Assembly (NCBI RefSeq): GCF_001194135.2
Contig: NC_068983.1
Coordinates: 153,332,243 to 153,371,408, forward strand
DNA: 39,166 nucleotides
Reading direction: 5' to 3'
From: Octopus bimaculoides
Taxonomy: Eukaryota
The notes below the pieces were generated by a model that did not search any database, was not told the DNA's origin, and was given only the letters and a program-made list of their open reading frames with translations. Positions 24,673 through 36,014 of the stretch are shown here, in pieces. The translations under genes were made by a program, and so were the position numbers. The number at the start of each line of letters is the position of its first letter. Within the stretch, counting starts at the first letter, position 1.

Positions 24673-26100
24673 TCTCTCTCTCCTACTCTGTCTCTTTCAG
24701 AAAACTATCTTTATTTCTCTGTGAATAGATGTTTTTCTATGATATCTCTCCTAATTTCTTCATTTCATGGTGCGATTCGCTTATTCATTCTTTTTATGAT
24801 AAGCTTGTTTTATATTTTTCATTCCGTAATCATTTCTTTCATTCTATCTTCCATCACAGCCATCAGATGTTCTAAAACAGTTAGCTTCTCCTACCACTCG
24901 TAAATTTTTTGATTAAACTTTTTTCATCTGTCTCANNNNNNNNNNNNNNNNNNNNNNNNNNNNNNNNNNNNNNNNNNNNNNNNNNNNNNNNNNNNNNNNN
25001 NNNNNNNNNNNNNNNNNNNNNNNNNNNNNNNNNNNNNNNNNNNNNNNNNNNNNNNNNNNNNNNNNNNNNNNNNNNNNNNNNNNNNNNNNNNNNNNNNNNN
25101 NNNNNNNNNNNNNNNNNNNNNNNNNNNNNNNNNNNNNNNNNNNNNNNNNNNNNNNNNNNNNNNNNNNNNNNNNNNNNNNNNNNNNNNNNNNNNNNNNNNN
25201 NNNNNNNNNNNNNNNNNNNNNNNNNNNNNNNNNNNNNNNNNNNNNNNNNNNNNNNNNNNNNNNNNNNNNNNNNNNNNNNNNNNNNNNNNNNNNNNNNNNN
25301 NNNNNNNNNNNNNNNNNNNNNNNNNNNNNNNNNNNNNNNNNNNNNNNNNNNNNNNNNNNNNNNNNNNNNNNNNNNNNNNNNNNNNNNNNNNNNNNNNNNN
25401 NNNNNNNNNNNNNNNNNNNNNNNNNNNNNNNNNNNNNNNNNNNNNNNNNNNNNNNNNNNNNNNNNNNNNNNNNNNNNNNNNNNNNNNNNNNNNNNNNNNN
25501 NNNNNNNNNNNNNNNNNNNNNNNNNNNNNNNNNNNNNNNNNNNNNNNNNNNNNNNNNNNNNNNNNNNNNNNNNNNNNNNNNNNNNNNNNNNNNNNNNNNN
25601 NNNNNNNNNNNNNNNNNNNNNNNNNNNNNNNNNNNNNNNNNNTATATATATATATATATTACAATCTGCACAATCTGTAATATTAAGCATCTCTTTCAAT
25701 TTGTTCTTATTCTTTGTTCGTTTCTTTCTACCTTATTCTTTCTCGTTCGTTTTTTTTTTTCAATTTCACTCTCCCATCCCCACTCTCACCTGCATGCTTC
25801 ATTCCTGATTTTATAACTCTCTGTTTTCTTATCTTTCTCACTCTGTTATTTTCTGCTACATTTTCTGTATTTTGCAATCGATTCGTCGCTAAAGTTCTAT
25901 TCTTATCTGACCATATCTTTCACCATTCTATCGCTTTTCTTCTTTTTCATTCATTTTCTCTTGTGTTCTGCTCTGTCTATCAGATTGTTGTTTCTGCGTT
26001 CTATATGAAACACTAAACTTTCTCCTTTCTTGTTCATTCAAAACTCTCTGTATCTCTCTCTCATTCAGCTATAAATATTTTTCTATCAGACTTTCACCAT
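24340..26100 (+). repeat. Long pyrimidine-rich (decayed CT) low-complexity region spanning a 707-N gap (24936-25642)
   Basis: T/C-dominated plus strand on both sides of the gap, with a pure (CT)n core at ~24637-24682. Confidence 0.7.
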
Positions 26101-26706
26101 TGTATCCCATTTTATCAAATCTTTTCGTCATAGTCCAAAGTACATGTAAATGTCCTCTCTTTCTCTCTCTCACTCTTTATGAATGTATGTATATGTATAT
26201 ATATATAGAGAGAGATAGAGGGCGAATATATGTATATAAATAGAGAGAGAGAGAGGAGAATGGGTGGGAGAGGTAATGATAGAAAGCTTGGTGTGTGTAT
26301 ATATGTATNNNNNNNNNNTATATATATACATATGCATATGTGTATGCATGTACGCATCTGACAATTTTTCTCTCTCACTTTGCTTAGTCTGTCTCCTTCT
26401 CAGTCGTGTACCTCCTTTATATCTCTATCAACTTCATGACAGTTTCCATTCCAATTACCAGGGACAGAAATATGAATATTGATGGCTAAAAATTTGAATA
26501 AATTACTTCATGAATATTTCATTAGAATATTCCATACGACACTGATTTGGCAGAATATTACTTTAAGTGCTTCTTGCTGAATTTTCGTTTTAATACGAAA
26601 ATATTAAAAATGTCGTTTCCAAACATATTTCTGCCGCCCATGCCTTTATTGCAGGAGTGGAAGATAGATTTTAATAGTTTTTGCTTTTGACCACCAATAT
26701 CTTCAA

Positions 26707-26732
26707 CGATGATGATGATGATGATGATGATG

Positions 26733-26823
<91 letters not shown>

Positions 26824-26979
26824 CGGTGATGATGGTGATGATGATGATGATGACGATGATAATGATAATAATAAAAATATTAGGGAGGGGGAGGGAACAA
26901 CAATAAGAACTATGAAGTCGAAATAAAAACAGCATCAAGAACGACAGTAGTAATAATAATGATTTCAATAATAATACAA

Positions 26980-27040
<61 letters not shown>

Positions 27041-27044
27041 CAAC

Positions 27045-27112
<68 letters not shown>

Positions 27113-27120
27113 TAATAATA
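26707..27120. repeat. Compound (GAT)n/(AAT)n trinucleotide arrays
   Basis: Two arrays, ~26707-26876 and ~26948-27120. They are the source of the poly-I/N/L/M/D ORFs. Confidence 0.95.
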
Positions 27121-27348
27121 GCCTCTCCGTTTGTTTTACTACTTGCGCTTATTCATATGTATAATAAACGAATTACAGTAGTATGGCAAAACCTCCAGTG
27201 AAACAAAGTCGTATGGAAATCTAAAGGTGGGAAAGTGATTAAGAGTAAGGTAGTACATAATTTCTAAAATAGCGTATATTAAACACTCAAAATGATTTAG
27301 TCAATTTGTGAAACATATTTATATAATATAATGTATATGTATACATAT

Positions 27349-27409
27349 GGCCGGATAACTGAAGAGATGTTGGCGTGGGTTCCCACCCGGGCATCCGAAA
27401 CTCGGAGTT
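27349..27409 (+). ncRNA. Type I hammerhead ribozyme motif with canonical core; 3' strand of stem I lost in a gap
   Basis: CTGAAGA at 27359-65. Stem II is GATGTTGGCGTGG-GTTC-CCACCCGGGCATCC (27366-96), about 12 pairs including G-U, with bulges. GAAA at 27397-400. Stem III is ACTC-G-GAGT, self-complementary. The putative cleavage triplet is GTT at 27407-09, followed directly by 10 N. Confidence 0.75.
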
Positions 27410-27419
27410 NNNNNNNNNN

Positions 27420-27464
<45 letters not shown>

Positions 27465-27829
27465 ACTGTAACTGCCCTACGGAATTGATCTCAAAATGCC
27501 CCGACAGTGTCCTTGCCCCCAAGTGGCCTCCCTTCCGTCCCCTCCCACATCCACGGCACTCACTAACTATGCTCTCCGTCAATTCAACTCTGCACGCCCA
27601 CACAACACCATCCACACACCCACATACCCACACATTGCAGACGTACCCACTTATGCACGCACACAACCACACGTCAATCTTAATAGACCCTATTCACATA
27701 TACAAACTTACACATTCTTATATGCACACATACGTACGCGCACGCTCGATTTGGAATCACCAGTGCTTTATTATCTCCTCTTCTTTCTACCTCTTCCGTC
27801 CACCCTTTTTTTGTCAACCAGTCGCCTTG

Positions 27830-27995
27830 CTTGATCGCTAAATCCACAAGTTTTTCTTATTCTCTCTATGTTCCTTTCTGTTGAAGAGCGTAGACTCGAA
27901 ACCTAAAAGACTCTTTCACTATCCCGAGCCTCAAACTAATACACCTGCTTGTTGTTCTTACGCCTGACTTCGTCTTTGTTTTTTTCTGCAAATTT
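27830..27995 (+). repeat. Dispersed repeat family D, copy 1 (contains a hammerhead-like motif)
   Basis: ctgttgaagagcgtagactcgaaacctaaaagactctttcactatcccgagcctcaaactaatacacctgcttgttgtt aligns with the reverse complement of 37290-37400. Confidence 0.85.
27872..27910 (+). ncRNA. Minimal hammerhead-like motif, variant core
   Basis: tccttt-CTGTTGA-A-GAG-cgtaga-CTC-GAAAC-CTA-aaaga. Stem I is cttt/aaag and stem II is GAG/CTC. Position 6 is U instead of A, and the stem III palindrome is broken (ACCT). Confidence 0.45.
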
Positions 27996-28219
27996 CAAGT
28001 ATATATATATAATAATAATAATAAGCATAACTGTAAAACATATTTATATAGTTTATGTATCTACATATGTGATATGTATAAATAGATATTTTAAAGAAAA
28101 CATGAACCATACGGGACAAGCACACAAATATACGCAGTGGGGCGAACCTCCGTCTGTGCCTCCAAAATCTCAAAACATCTCCCATTGCTTTGAATTTCTT
28201 ATATTCTTGCTGCTCTGAT

Positions 28220-28740
28220 TCAATACTGGATTGTAGTGGACTGTGTTCTGGTATCAGCTGATGTGATATTCTTCATATCTTCCAAATATTCCTATGTACA
28301 ATATGCGAAGCCTCAATCAATAAACGAAGCATCCGATCGTTTCTATGCTCGTAGAGGCGACCTATCGTATTGTTGCCCAAAGGTTTCGAGCAAGAATTGA
28401 TTACTTTTGTAGTGTTTTGAGTACAACTGGTGTATTTCTGATCCAGCGTTTACAATGGCTCACTGCAGGTCCTAAATCTCCTTCTTTCTACTTTTCTGCT
28501 GGTTTTTTGTCCTCTACCAAATGTCTCTTACATTCGTACATGTATCCACTAAAATTTTGTACTGCATCACTAATCTCGTTATCTTTCTCTTTCCGCGTAC
28601 AATAAGAGTTTACTACTTTGAGAATGGCTTGCTGTTTTCGAGGGTCATAAAAATTAGCATGGCTATTGAGAACTCCGTTGACCATTCCTTTGCCGGAGAG
28701 GTAAATGAGATTCAAGGGTTTCCTGATATAGTGCAACACA
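28220..28740 (-). mobile_element. Second decayed Penelope-like element fragment (linker + GIY-YIG endonuclease, Penelope/Poseidon-like pattern)
   Basis: Colinear anchors across frames: LIYLSG...VLNSH (cf. LPYxxG...ILxKH), SDAV (cf. SxVVY), YMYECKRHL (cf. YIGETxRxL), GDLGPAVSHC (cf. GDxxSAVAEH), TTKVINS, LRLLIEASHI (cf. KRLxKEAxHI), RYEEYHIS...YNPVL (cf. RDEGYxLS..YNPLL). Its upstream end abuts a SINE. Confidence 0.55.
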
Positions 28741-28743
28741 GAA

Positions 28744-28935
28744 GGCGGTGAGCTAGCAAAATCGTTAGCTCGCCGGTAAAAGTGCTTTTACTACATTTCG
28801 GCCATGTTCTCAGTTCAATTTCACCGAGGTTAAATCTGTTCTTCATTCTTTCGGGGTCAATAAAATATATACCAGTTGAACACTGGGACCTCACACCGTA
28901 CCCTGAAATTCTGGACTTGTGCCAAGATTTGGAAC
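28744..28935 (+). mobile_element. SINE family B, near full-length copy
   Basis: A-box-like tagcaaaatcg (28754-64) and B-box-like gttcaatttc (28813-22). The body ttcattctttcggggtcaataaaatatataccagt is shared with 4788-4895 and 29315-29465 in the opposite orientation. Confidence 0.8.
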
Positions 28936-29314
28936 AAATATATTTCAATACAGCTCAGTGGATAGAATTTCTGTGTATAATTTGTGTTTATGTTTCGTAT
29001 CGCTCTGAACGTCAACGACCACGGATACATAATTGTACGTTTAGTTCCGTTCGCTTATACACTGTCACTCTACACCTCCGCCACATCGTTCCCTAAATGC
29101 TACAACAATTGTACATATAAAACACGTCGTTGTTTTGAGAAGCTGACATATGTAATATTCCTACATTCAAAATTTTAAAATATTTACTAGAACTTCCAGT
29201 ATGGATTCAATCTTAACACGCTGTTTCTGCTAACACCTAGTTCTGATGACTAGAAAATGCGTAAAAGTAACGTGTTATACAATATTAATGACATAACAAT
29301 AATCCTTTCTTCTT

Positions 29315-29465
29315 TAGATGCAAAGGAAAACAAATTGCTGGAGGGGCTAGTCAATTATATCGATTCCATTAGTCAATTAGTACTTACTCTCTCCACCCTT
29401 AAAAGATGAAAAGCATAGTTCACCCTGGCGAAATTTGAAGCTAGAATGTATGGGCCGAAGGAATA
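29315..29465 (-). mobile_element. SINE family B, diverged copy
   Basis: ggggctagtcaattatatcgattcc...aaaagatgaaaagcatagttcaccctggcgaaatttgaagctagaatg aligns with the reverse complement of 28800-28925. Confidence 0.65.
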
Positions 29466-29569
29466 ACGTTTATTGTTTTGTCCAACGTACTAATGAGACT
29501 ATCTAATGACTAACTTATCTACTTATCAAGCTCATTAAGCAAGGGCTTAAACCTGTCCTTTTTTGGCTA

Positions 29570-29730
29570 AAACGCACACCCACACACCCGCACACACACA
29601 CACACACACACACATACACATACACACACACGCACACAAACGCACACACAGAAACACACACGCACACACACAAATACACAAAAGTACGCACGCACACGCC
29701 CACAACACACACGCATACACACAAACACGT
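29570..29730. repeat. Imperfect (CA)n microsatellite
   Basis: Direct reading. Confidence 0.95.
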
Positions 29731-30267
29731 ACATATATCTAAATATAAAGCTAAATAAATATGTTTGAACGTATTATTTTTCTATCATGTATTCTACACC
29801 ACCAAGCTAGGCGGGGCATTTCATCGGAAGGAACAACAACATGAATTTTCTGCTAAACTATTTCAATGGTTAACATTATTAAGACAGTTCCCATAAAATG
29901 TTCATGTGTTGGTTCGATATAATTTCATAAACCATCACAGATTTCATATTACCTTTAAAATAATGCTATGGTTATGACTCATCTGGCGTCACAAATCGAT
30001 CGCTTAATAGGGTGACGGAAGGGTCATATTCGTAAAATATCACTGTCACTGCTAAATTGCCCATCCCACCTAATTCCAATCAAAAACAATCAACTCGACA
30101 GCAGTTTATTTAAAATGATAGAGAGCAGCGTTTAATTAGAAAATACAGTACAATGTATCAGATAAAGTATTTGGCATACCAATTGTACAGAATGTTAATT
30201 TATGCCTAACAAATATGGCTTGGAGTTTTATAACAGAATATATTATTCTATTATATATATACCCTGG

Positions 30268-30331
<64 letters not shown>

Positions 30332-30352
30332 AACAGACAGACAGACAGAGAG
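30268..30352. repeat. (GA)n/(GACA)n microsatellite
   Basis: Direct reading. Confidence 0.95.
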
Positions 30353-30884
30353 ACACATAAAGTCAGGACACATGCAAGTTTAAGGTATATATTTCTTTAA
30401 CAGTTTGACTTCCACAAGCTCACTGCCTTTTCGCAACCTTGTTCATGTATTATTAATTCAGGTTTGTAAGAAATGATCCGTATATGTTTGTATCGATATA
30501 TATATACTCAGCAATATATTAAACTATTGTATTACCACAAATTAATGATCGCTTTCTTTCTCTGCATATTTTGTGAATATACACTTTTGAAAAATACCGA
30601 GCATAATTATTAATGTAAAATTTTTCGCATAATTTCTTTCATACTGAAATTAATACGGTTAATATCTAGTTTAACACTCGGCCACCAATGCCAAAAGAAA
30701 AAAAGAAAAAAAAAGAGGTTTAATAGGAGAAAAAAATGTGTGGTACACGAATTAGAAAACAATAATTTGTGCAAACGAACTGCACGATGTGGAGAAGAGT
30801 TTCGGAATATTCACACGATCCGTTTTTTTCCTTATAACTTTCAGCATCGGTAGAAGGGGGGGGGACAAGCGCAGACGCACAAAC

Positions 30885-30988
30885 ATATACATGCACATAC
30901 TTACATACATACATACATACATACATATATACATATATACATACATACATACATACATACATACATACATACATACATNNNNNNNNNN
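30885..30988. repeat. (TACA)n microsatellite and a 10-N gap
   Basis: Direct reading. Confidence 0.95.
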
Positions 30989-31108
30989 GTATAAGCATAT
31001 ATACGTACAGGTATGTGCATACCGACATCCACCTGTATGTATAGGTGCATATCTGAGTACAGGACATTGCAAACAAAACGTAGACGAGAAAACACACAAG
31101 CCACACAG

Positions 31109-31112
<4 letters not shown>
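30989..31112. repeat. Dispersed repeat family C, copy 2 (truncated by a CA/TA microsatellite)
   Basis: Near-identical to 37-153. Confidence 0.85.
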
Positions 31113-31156
<44 letters not shown>

Positions 31157-31174
31157 CACACACACACAATCATA

Positions 31175-31478
31175 CAAGCTACTTAACACACAGCCACTCC
31201 TTTTGCTTAACACACAGCCACTCCTACGGTGATATAAACACACCAAAATCAGTTGTCAAGCGATGAGGGAGGATACACACAAAGAAACTCGCGTGCGCGC
31301 ACACATATGTATATATACAACGGGCTTCATTCAGTTTCCGTCTACCTAATCTACTCACATGGCTTTGGTCGGCCCCCAGCCATAGTAGAAGACACTTGCC
31401 CAAGGTGCCACGCAGTGGGACAGTGTGGTTGAGAAGCAAGCTTTCTTACCATAGACCACACCTAGTAATTTATTTGGT
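31175..31478 (-). mobile_element. SINE family A copy followed by two extra SINE heads
   Basis: 31310-31475 is the reverse complement of the head and body seen at 38757-38918. 31226-31262 is the family A 3' part. The head motif cttaacacacagccactcc occurs twice (31182-31200, 31206-31224). Confidence 0.85.
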
Positions 31479-31616
31479 TGTTTCTGTATGTAGGTATGTA
31501 TGTATATATGTGTGTTTGTGTGTGTGTGAACGTTAGAAACATATTCACTCTGAACAATTTATCAAGGTACGAGCATGATTAAGAGATATTATTACCGGCA
31601 GTGTAGTTTCCACCTA

Positions 31617-31656
<40 letters not shown>

Positions 31657-32381
31657 NNNNNNNNNNNNNNNNNNNNNNNNNNNNNNNNNNNNNNNNNNNN
31701 NNNNNNNNNNNNNNNNNNNNNNNNNNNNNNNNNNNNNNNNNNNNNNNNNNNNNNNNNNNNNNNNNNNNNNNNNNNNNNNNNNNNNNNNNNNNNNNNNNNN
31801 NNNNNNNNNNNNNNNNNNNNNNNNNNNNNNNNNNNNNNNNNNNNNNNNNNNNNNNNNNNNNNNNNNNNNNNNNNNNNNNNNNNNNNNNNNNNNNNNNNNN
31901 NNNNNNNNNNNNNNNNNNNNNNNNNNNNNNNNNNNNNNNNNNNNNNNNNNNNNNNNNNNNNNNNNNNNNNNNNNNNNNNNNNNNNNNNNNNNNNNNNNNN
32001 NNNNNNNNNNNNNNNNNNNNNNNNNNNNNNNNNNNNNNNNNNNNNNNNNNNNNNNNNNNNNNNNNNNNNNNNNNNNNNNNNNNNNNNNNNNNNNNNNNNN
32101 NNNNNNNNNNNNNNNNNNNNNNNNNNNNNNNNNNNNNNNNNNNNNNNNNNNNNNNNNNNNNNNNNNNNNNNNNNNNNNNNNNNNNNNNNNNNNNNNNNNN
32201 NNNNNNNNNNNNNNNNNNNNNNNNNNNNNNNNNNNNNNNNNNNNNNNNNNNNNNNNNNNNNNNNNNNNNNNNNNNNNNNNNNNNNNNNNNNNNNNNNNNN
32301 NNNNNNNNNNNNNNNNNNNNNNNNNNNNNNNNNNNNNNNNNNNNNNNNNNNNNNNNNNNNNNNNNNNNNNNNNNNNNNNNN
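31657..32381. other. Assembly gap (725 N) flanked by (TA)n
   Basis: N run. Confidence 1.
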
Positions 32382-32412
<31 letters not shown>

Positions 32413-32424
32413 TATAATGCAAAT

Positions 32425-32720
32425 AATATGTTAGTATATGCATATATACGTACATGTATGCACATACCTACATCTACATGTATATATAAATGTATATCTG
32501 GGTACAAGACATCACAATTTAACGTCGACTACATAAAAATCGAGATCATAAACAGAGCACGAAAAACACACACGTTTTCGGACAACGGTAGGAACACACA
32601 GGAAAACAGACAAGCCACATAGAGAACATTTCCTTTCTTCAGTTGTCCCTATTCTAAACTAAGCGTTTCGAAGAGTTAGGGCAGGACGCATTGTTAGAAT
32701 AGCTCTTCTCGCAAAGCAAA
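32425..32720. repeat. Dispersed repeat family C, copy 3 (longer, more diverged)
   Basis: tatgcatatatacgtacatgtatgcacatacctacatctacatgta...tctgggtacaagacat and caagccacatagagaacatt...gcgtttcgaagagttagggcaggacgcatt both align with 30-225. It may extend to ~33000. Confidence 0.8.
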
Positions 32721-35099
32721 TTAAATAAAATTTGTAATGCGGAGGAATTAAGTGGCAAATAAAAGATACGACAGAGAAAACAAAACAGTGAAAACACATG
32801 GAGGGCTGTTAGGCCAGACGAGTAAAATGATATATATACTGAACGCTGTGATTTGACGAACTTGAGTAGTAGAGAGAAGAAAGTTCGTGCTTGCTTGGCA
32901 GCGGCCAAGAAACGAAGGGAAAGTAGTAGCCGCTGGTCACATGTGATCAACGAGGGGTAAGGAGAAAGAGTAGTAGAGGGAGAAAAAAAGGGTGGAAGTT
33001 GAACATAGTTGAGCAACGAGAGACAGGAAGGAAGAGTGAGAGAGAGGTATAGTAGTGAAGGGGAGAGTCGAAGTACAACAGAAGGAAGAACGAGAAGGGG
33101 AGAAAAAATACAAAGATAGATAGAGTGCGCGTCAGAAATATAAAGTTAAAACTTACTTGCAAAAAAGACGCGTGCGTTCGGTCATGTAATAACACAATTA
33201 ATATGTGAGTCAAACGGATGTCTTATAAAACTATTCCGCACATACAATACCAACCATACCAATCTGACACACCTCCATCATCAGTTGCCCTACGGATATC
33301 ACAATATATATAATGAGAGTGGTAAAGAGAGACTGAATAACCGACAGATGGATACTTACGTGCATATATGCAATATATGCACAAACATATGTACATTTAT
33401 GGATACTAACATGTTTGCTAGCAACGTATGTGTAGCAGCTCTGAGTAGAAGGTATTTCGCTAATTTGAAGGCCTCCCGACCGAGTGAAAGGATCATACAC
33501 TCATAATTACGAGGTGTTGTCATGATTAGAAGTAATTTCCATGATTTGCTTTAGTTTATTCTATATCGAATATGGCCATAGACACAACGTCCGATTCATG
33601 TGTTACCGGTTTCCGCGATCTGAAAAGCATACATGGAAAGTATAAACATTACTCTCTTCTTCCTAAATGTTCATGTGTGTTGAGATAGTTTCGATGACGG
33701 AAATATCACTCATCGAATTGTGAGCAGTTTTAGATGGATGAAGCCAGTGCGTTTACATTTTGTCCATGGAGAAATACAATGATGCTGAACAAAAGAATAG
33801 GAATTAGCAGTTGGTGCATAGTCTGTTATAGTAAAGTAGAGTACTAAATAATAAATGTTTTTAAGAATGATTTAATGACCTGTTGGTTCGTTCGATACAT
33901 TCGACCACTGGTAACTTTACGTGCTCTGGAATCTGTATATAAAGATAATGCATTCAATGAACTATCAATCTAATGAGTTATGATACTGGCAAAATGACGT
34001 AAGCAATCCTTTAGATTTACATTATCGCAAAAGTTTACGCCAAACAATTCTGTTTCTAAATCCTGATATGGATCGATTTTTCATTTATCTCCTTGAGGTC
34101 AATTATCTGAATAACAACACGGCTGAAGAATTTGCTTTTATCAGCTATATTATTCCCTCTTTAAAAAATGAATGGCCATAGTGACTAAGTAAAAACAAAT
34201 CATTGTTCAGCAGATTTAGGAAAATTTACCAATATGAGTGCCAAGAACCAATGTAATATGGACAAGAGATCTGCTTTTGTGCTTTCGTATTTTGTATATT
34301 GATCTCACTCATAACAAAAGACTGTTTTCCCTTCAATAGAAAAGTCGGGTAGCTTTTTTTTCTTCTTTGTATATTTTTTGTACATGAGCTGATCCACGCC
34401 TTCGGTGTGCAATGTGAGTCAAGTGATTGATGAGTGGTCAGAAAATATGATATTAAAGTGGTCATTAATCTGATATGCAAAAGATAGAATATTGACCAAG
34501 GAACGAAATGCGAAAGAACTTTCCTTTCTTCTATAGATTTGTGAATATTTTACTTTTATTTAGTTTATTGTATATTTCTATTTTCCAGGCCAACAACTGA
34601 TAAAACAGATAATTTTCTATAGATTTTTTCAAGAGGTAATGATAAACGAAACCATATGCATCGATTTCTAGATATGTCATATATTATATAGCTTAAATTC
34701 CGAATTTTGTTTCGGCATTTCTTGAAGGCAAAGAAAAGCAGAATCTGAAATATCAAAATATCATTATACGACATACATACGCATTTACACACAGGAAAAC
34801 AAATACACACACATGTACGTGTGCATATGCTCCGTAAATAGCCTTTCAATATCAAATAGTTAATAGAGAAAAGGAGTGGCTTTTAGGCATAGGAAATTGG
34901 GTATGAATCTGACCTAGAGGTTTGGCGTAGCAAGCGATTGACTCAGAGCATTACAATGAAAACCTATTAGAGATACCTTGGAGAATATGCACTATCATCA
35001 TCTCCATCAGAATTATTGTTACTGTCTGTGTTCTCATCAGCGCTAAACTCGAGACGATTATTGTTATCATAGCCTCCACACCCAATACAGTTATAATTA

Positions 35100-35301
35100 C
35101 TACCATCATCGTCAACGTGACCAGCGTTTAACGCCGTCACCATGATCATCATGATCACCATTGCCATCATCATCATCATCATCGTCATTGTCGTTATGAT
35201 CTCGCTCCTCATCCTCATCATCGTCATTATCATGATCTTCCTCATCATCAACAGCACTATGTTCATCATCATCATCATCTTCATCATCATCATCATCGTC
35301 G

Positions 35302-35336
<35 letters not shown>

Positions 35337-35495
35337 TTCATCATCTTCATCATCATCATCATCATCATCTTCATCATCATCATTACCACCATCGTCGTCG
35401 GCATTATCATGATCTCAATCCTCATTCTCATCATAGTCATTATCATAGTCATCCTCCTCCTCATCATCGTCGTCGTCATCAATGCTTCATCATCA
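35100..35495. repeat. Degenerate (CAT)n/(CGT)n/(CCT)n trinucleotide array
   Basis: Direct reading. It is the source of the 171-aa poly-M and 132-aa poly-I ORFs. Confidence 0.95.
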
Positions 35496-36014
35496 ACATT
35501 TTTGCTACAATCAGCAGTGACTGCGTCGCTTTTATTATGAACAATATCACCATAACAACAATTCCATACGCATACATTCTATACTTGTCGGCTAACCACC
35601 ATTTTTTACTAGAGCATTTTTCTGAAAGAAAACCTTGATTTTTGAGTAAATAACAGTTTGAACCAAAACATTAATTTATGATACATTATAAAGATCTTTG
35701 TCCAAAACTTCTAAACTTTGACGCCTAAACTTATGAGTTTCATACTAATTTATTCACAGGACATAAAATAATGAATGTGGAAGTACTTGGTAGTACTAGG
35801 GTTAGGTGAAACTCATGGATTGATGGGTTACACCAGATTTTCAGCCCCAATGTGTAGTATAAAGGAATAAACATGAGACATGTTCAGCAATGAACGCATC
35901 AAATCTCACGTTGCTATAAATATGTTGATGAAAACCTGGGTAGAAAGATTCATGCTGAGGGAAATTATCTATTAACGCCGGTGGGAAGTAGCTTTTTACA
36001 CACACACACACACA

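Noticed and set aside
26558-27201. Poly-L/I/N/D/M ORFs resembling membrane or acidic proteins
   Set aside because: They are translations of trinucleotide microsatellites.
28100-28230. ESEQQEY...DVLRFWRHRRRFAPL, resembling a hAT dimerisation domain
   Set aside because: The following SxxxERxFS motif is absent, and the adjacent upstream sequence fits a PLE endonuclease better.
30780-30860. Minus-strand ggaa...ttccGAAAC with an upstream CTGAAAG or CCGATGC
   Set aside because: The first core box is too degenerate and the spacing is wrong for a hammerhead call.
33505-34150. TACGAGG start and faint mariner-like peptides
   Set aside because: There is no matching inverted terminus and no readable DD34D or WVP motif, so it is too eroded to call.
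34380-34430. VHELIHAFG, an HExxH metalloprotease-like motif
   Set aside because: It lies in a 25-codon stop-bounded frame with no acceptor upstream of the motif, so it is a likely chance match.
34967-35540. 171-aa and 132-aa ORFs over the CAT array
   Set aside because: Low-complexity repeat translation; the D-rich frame is interrupted by stops and phase changes.
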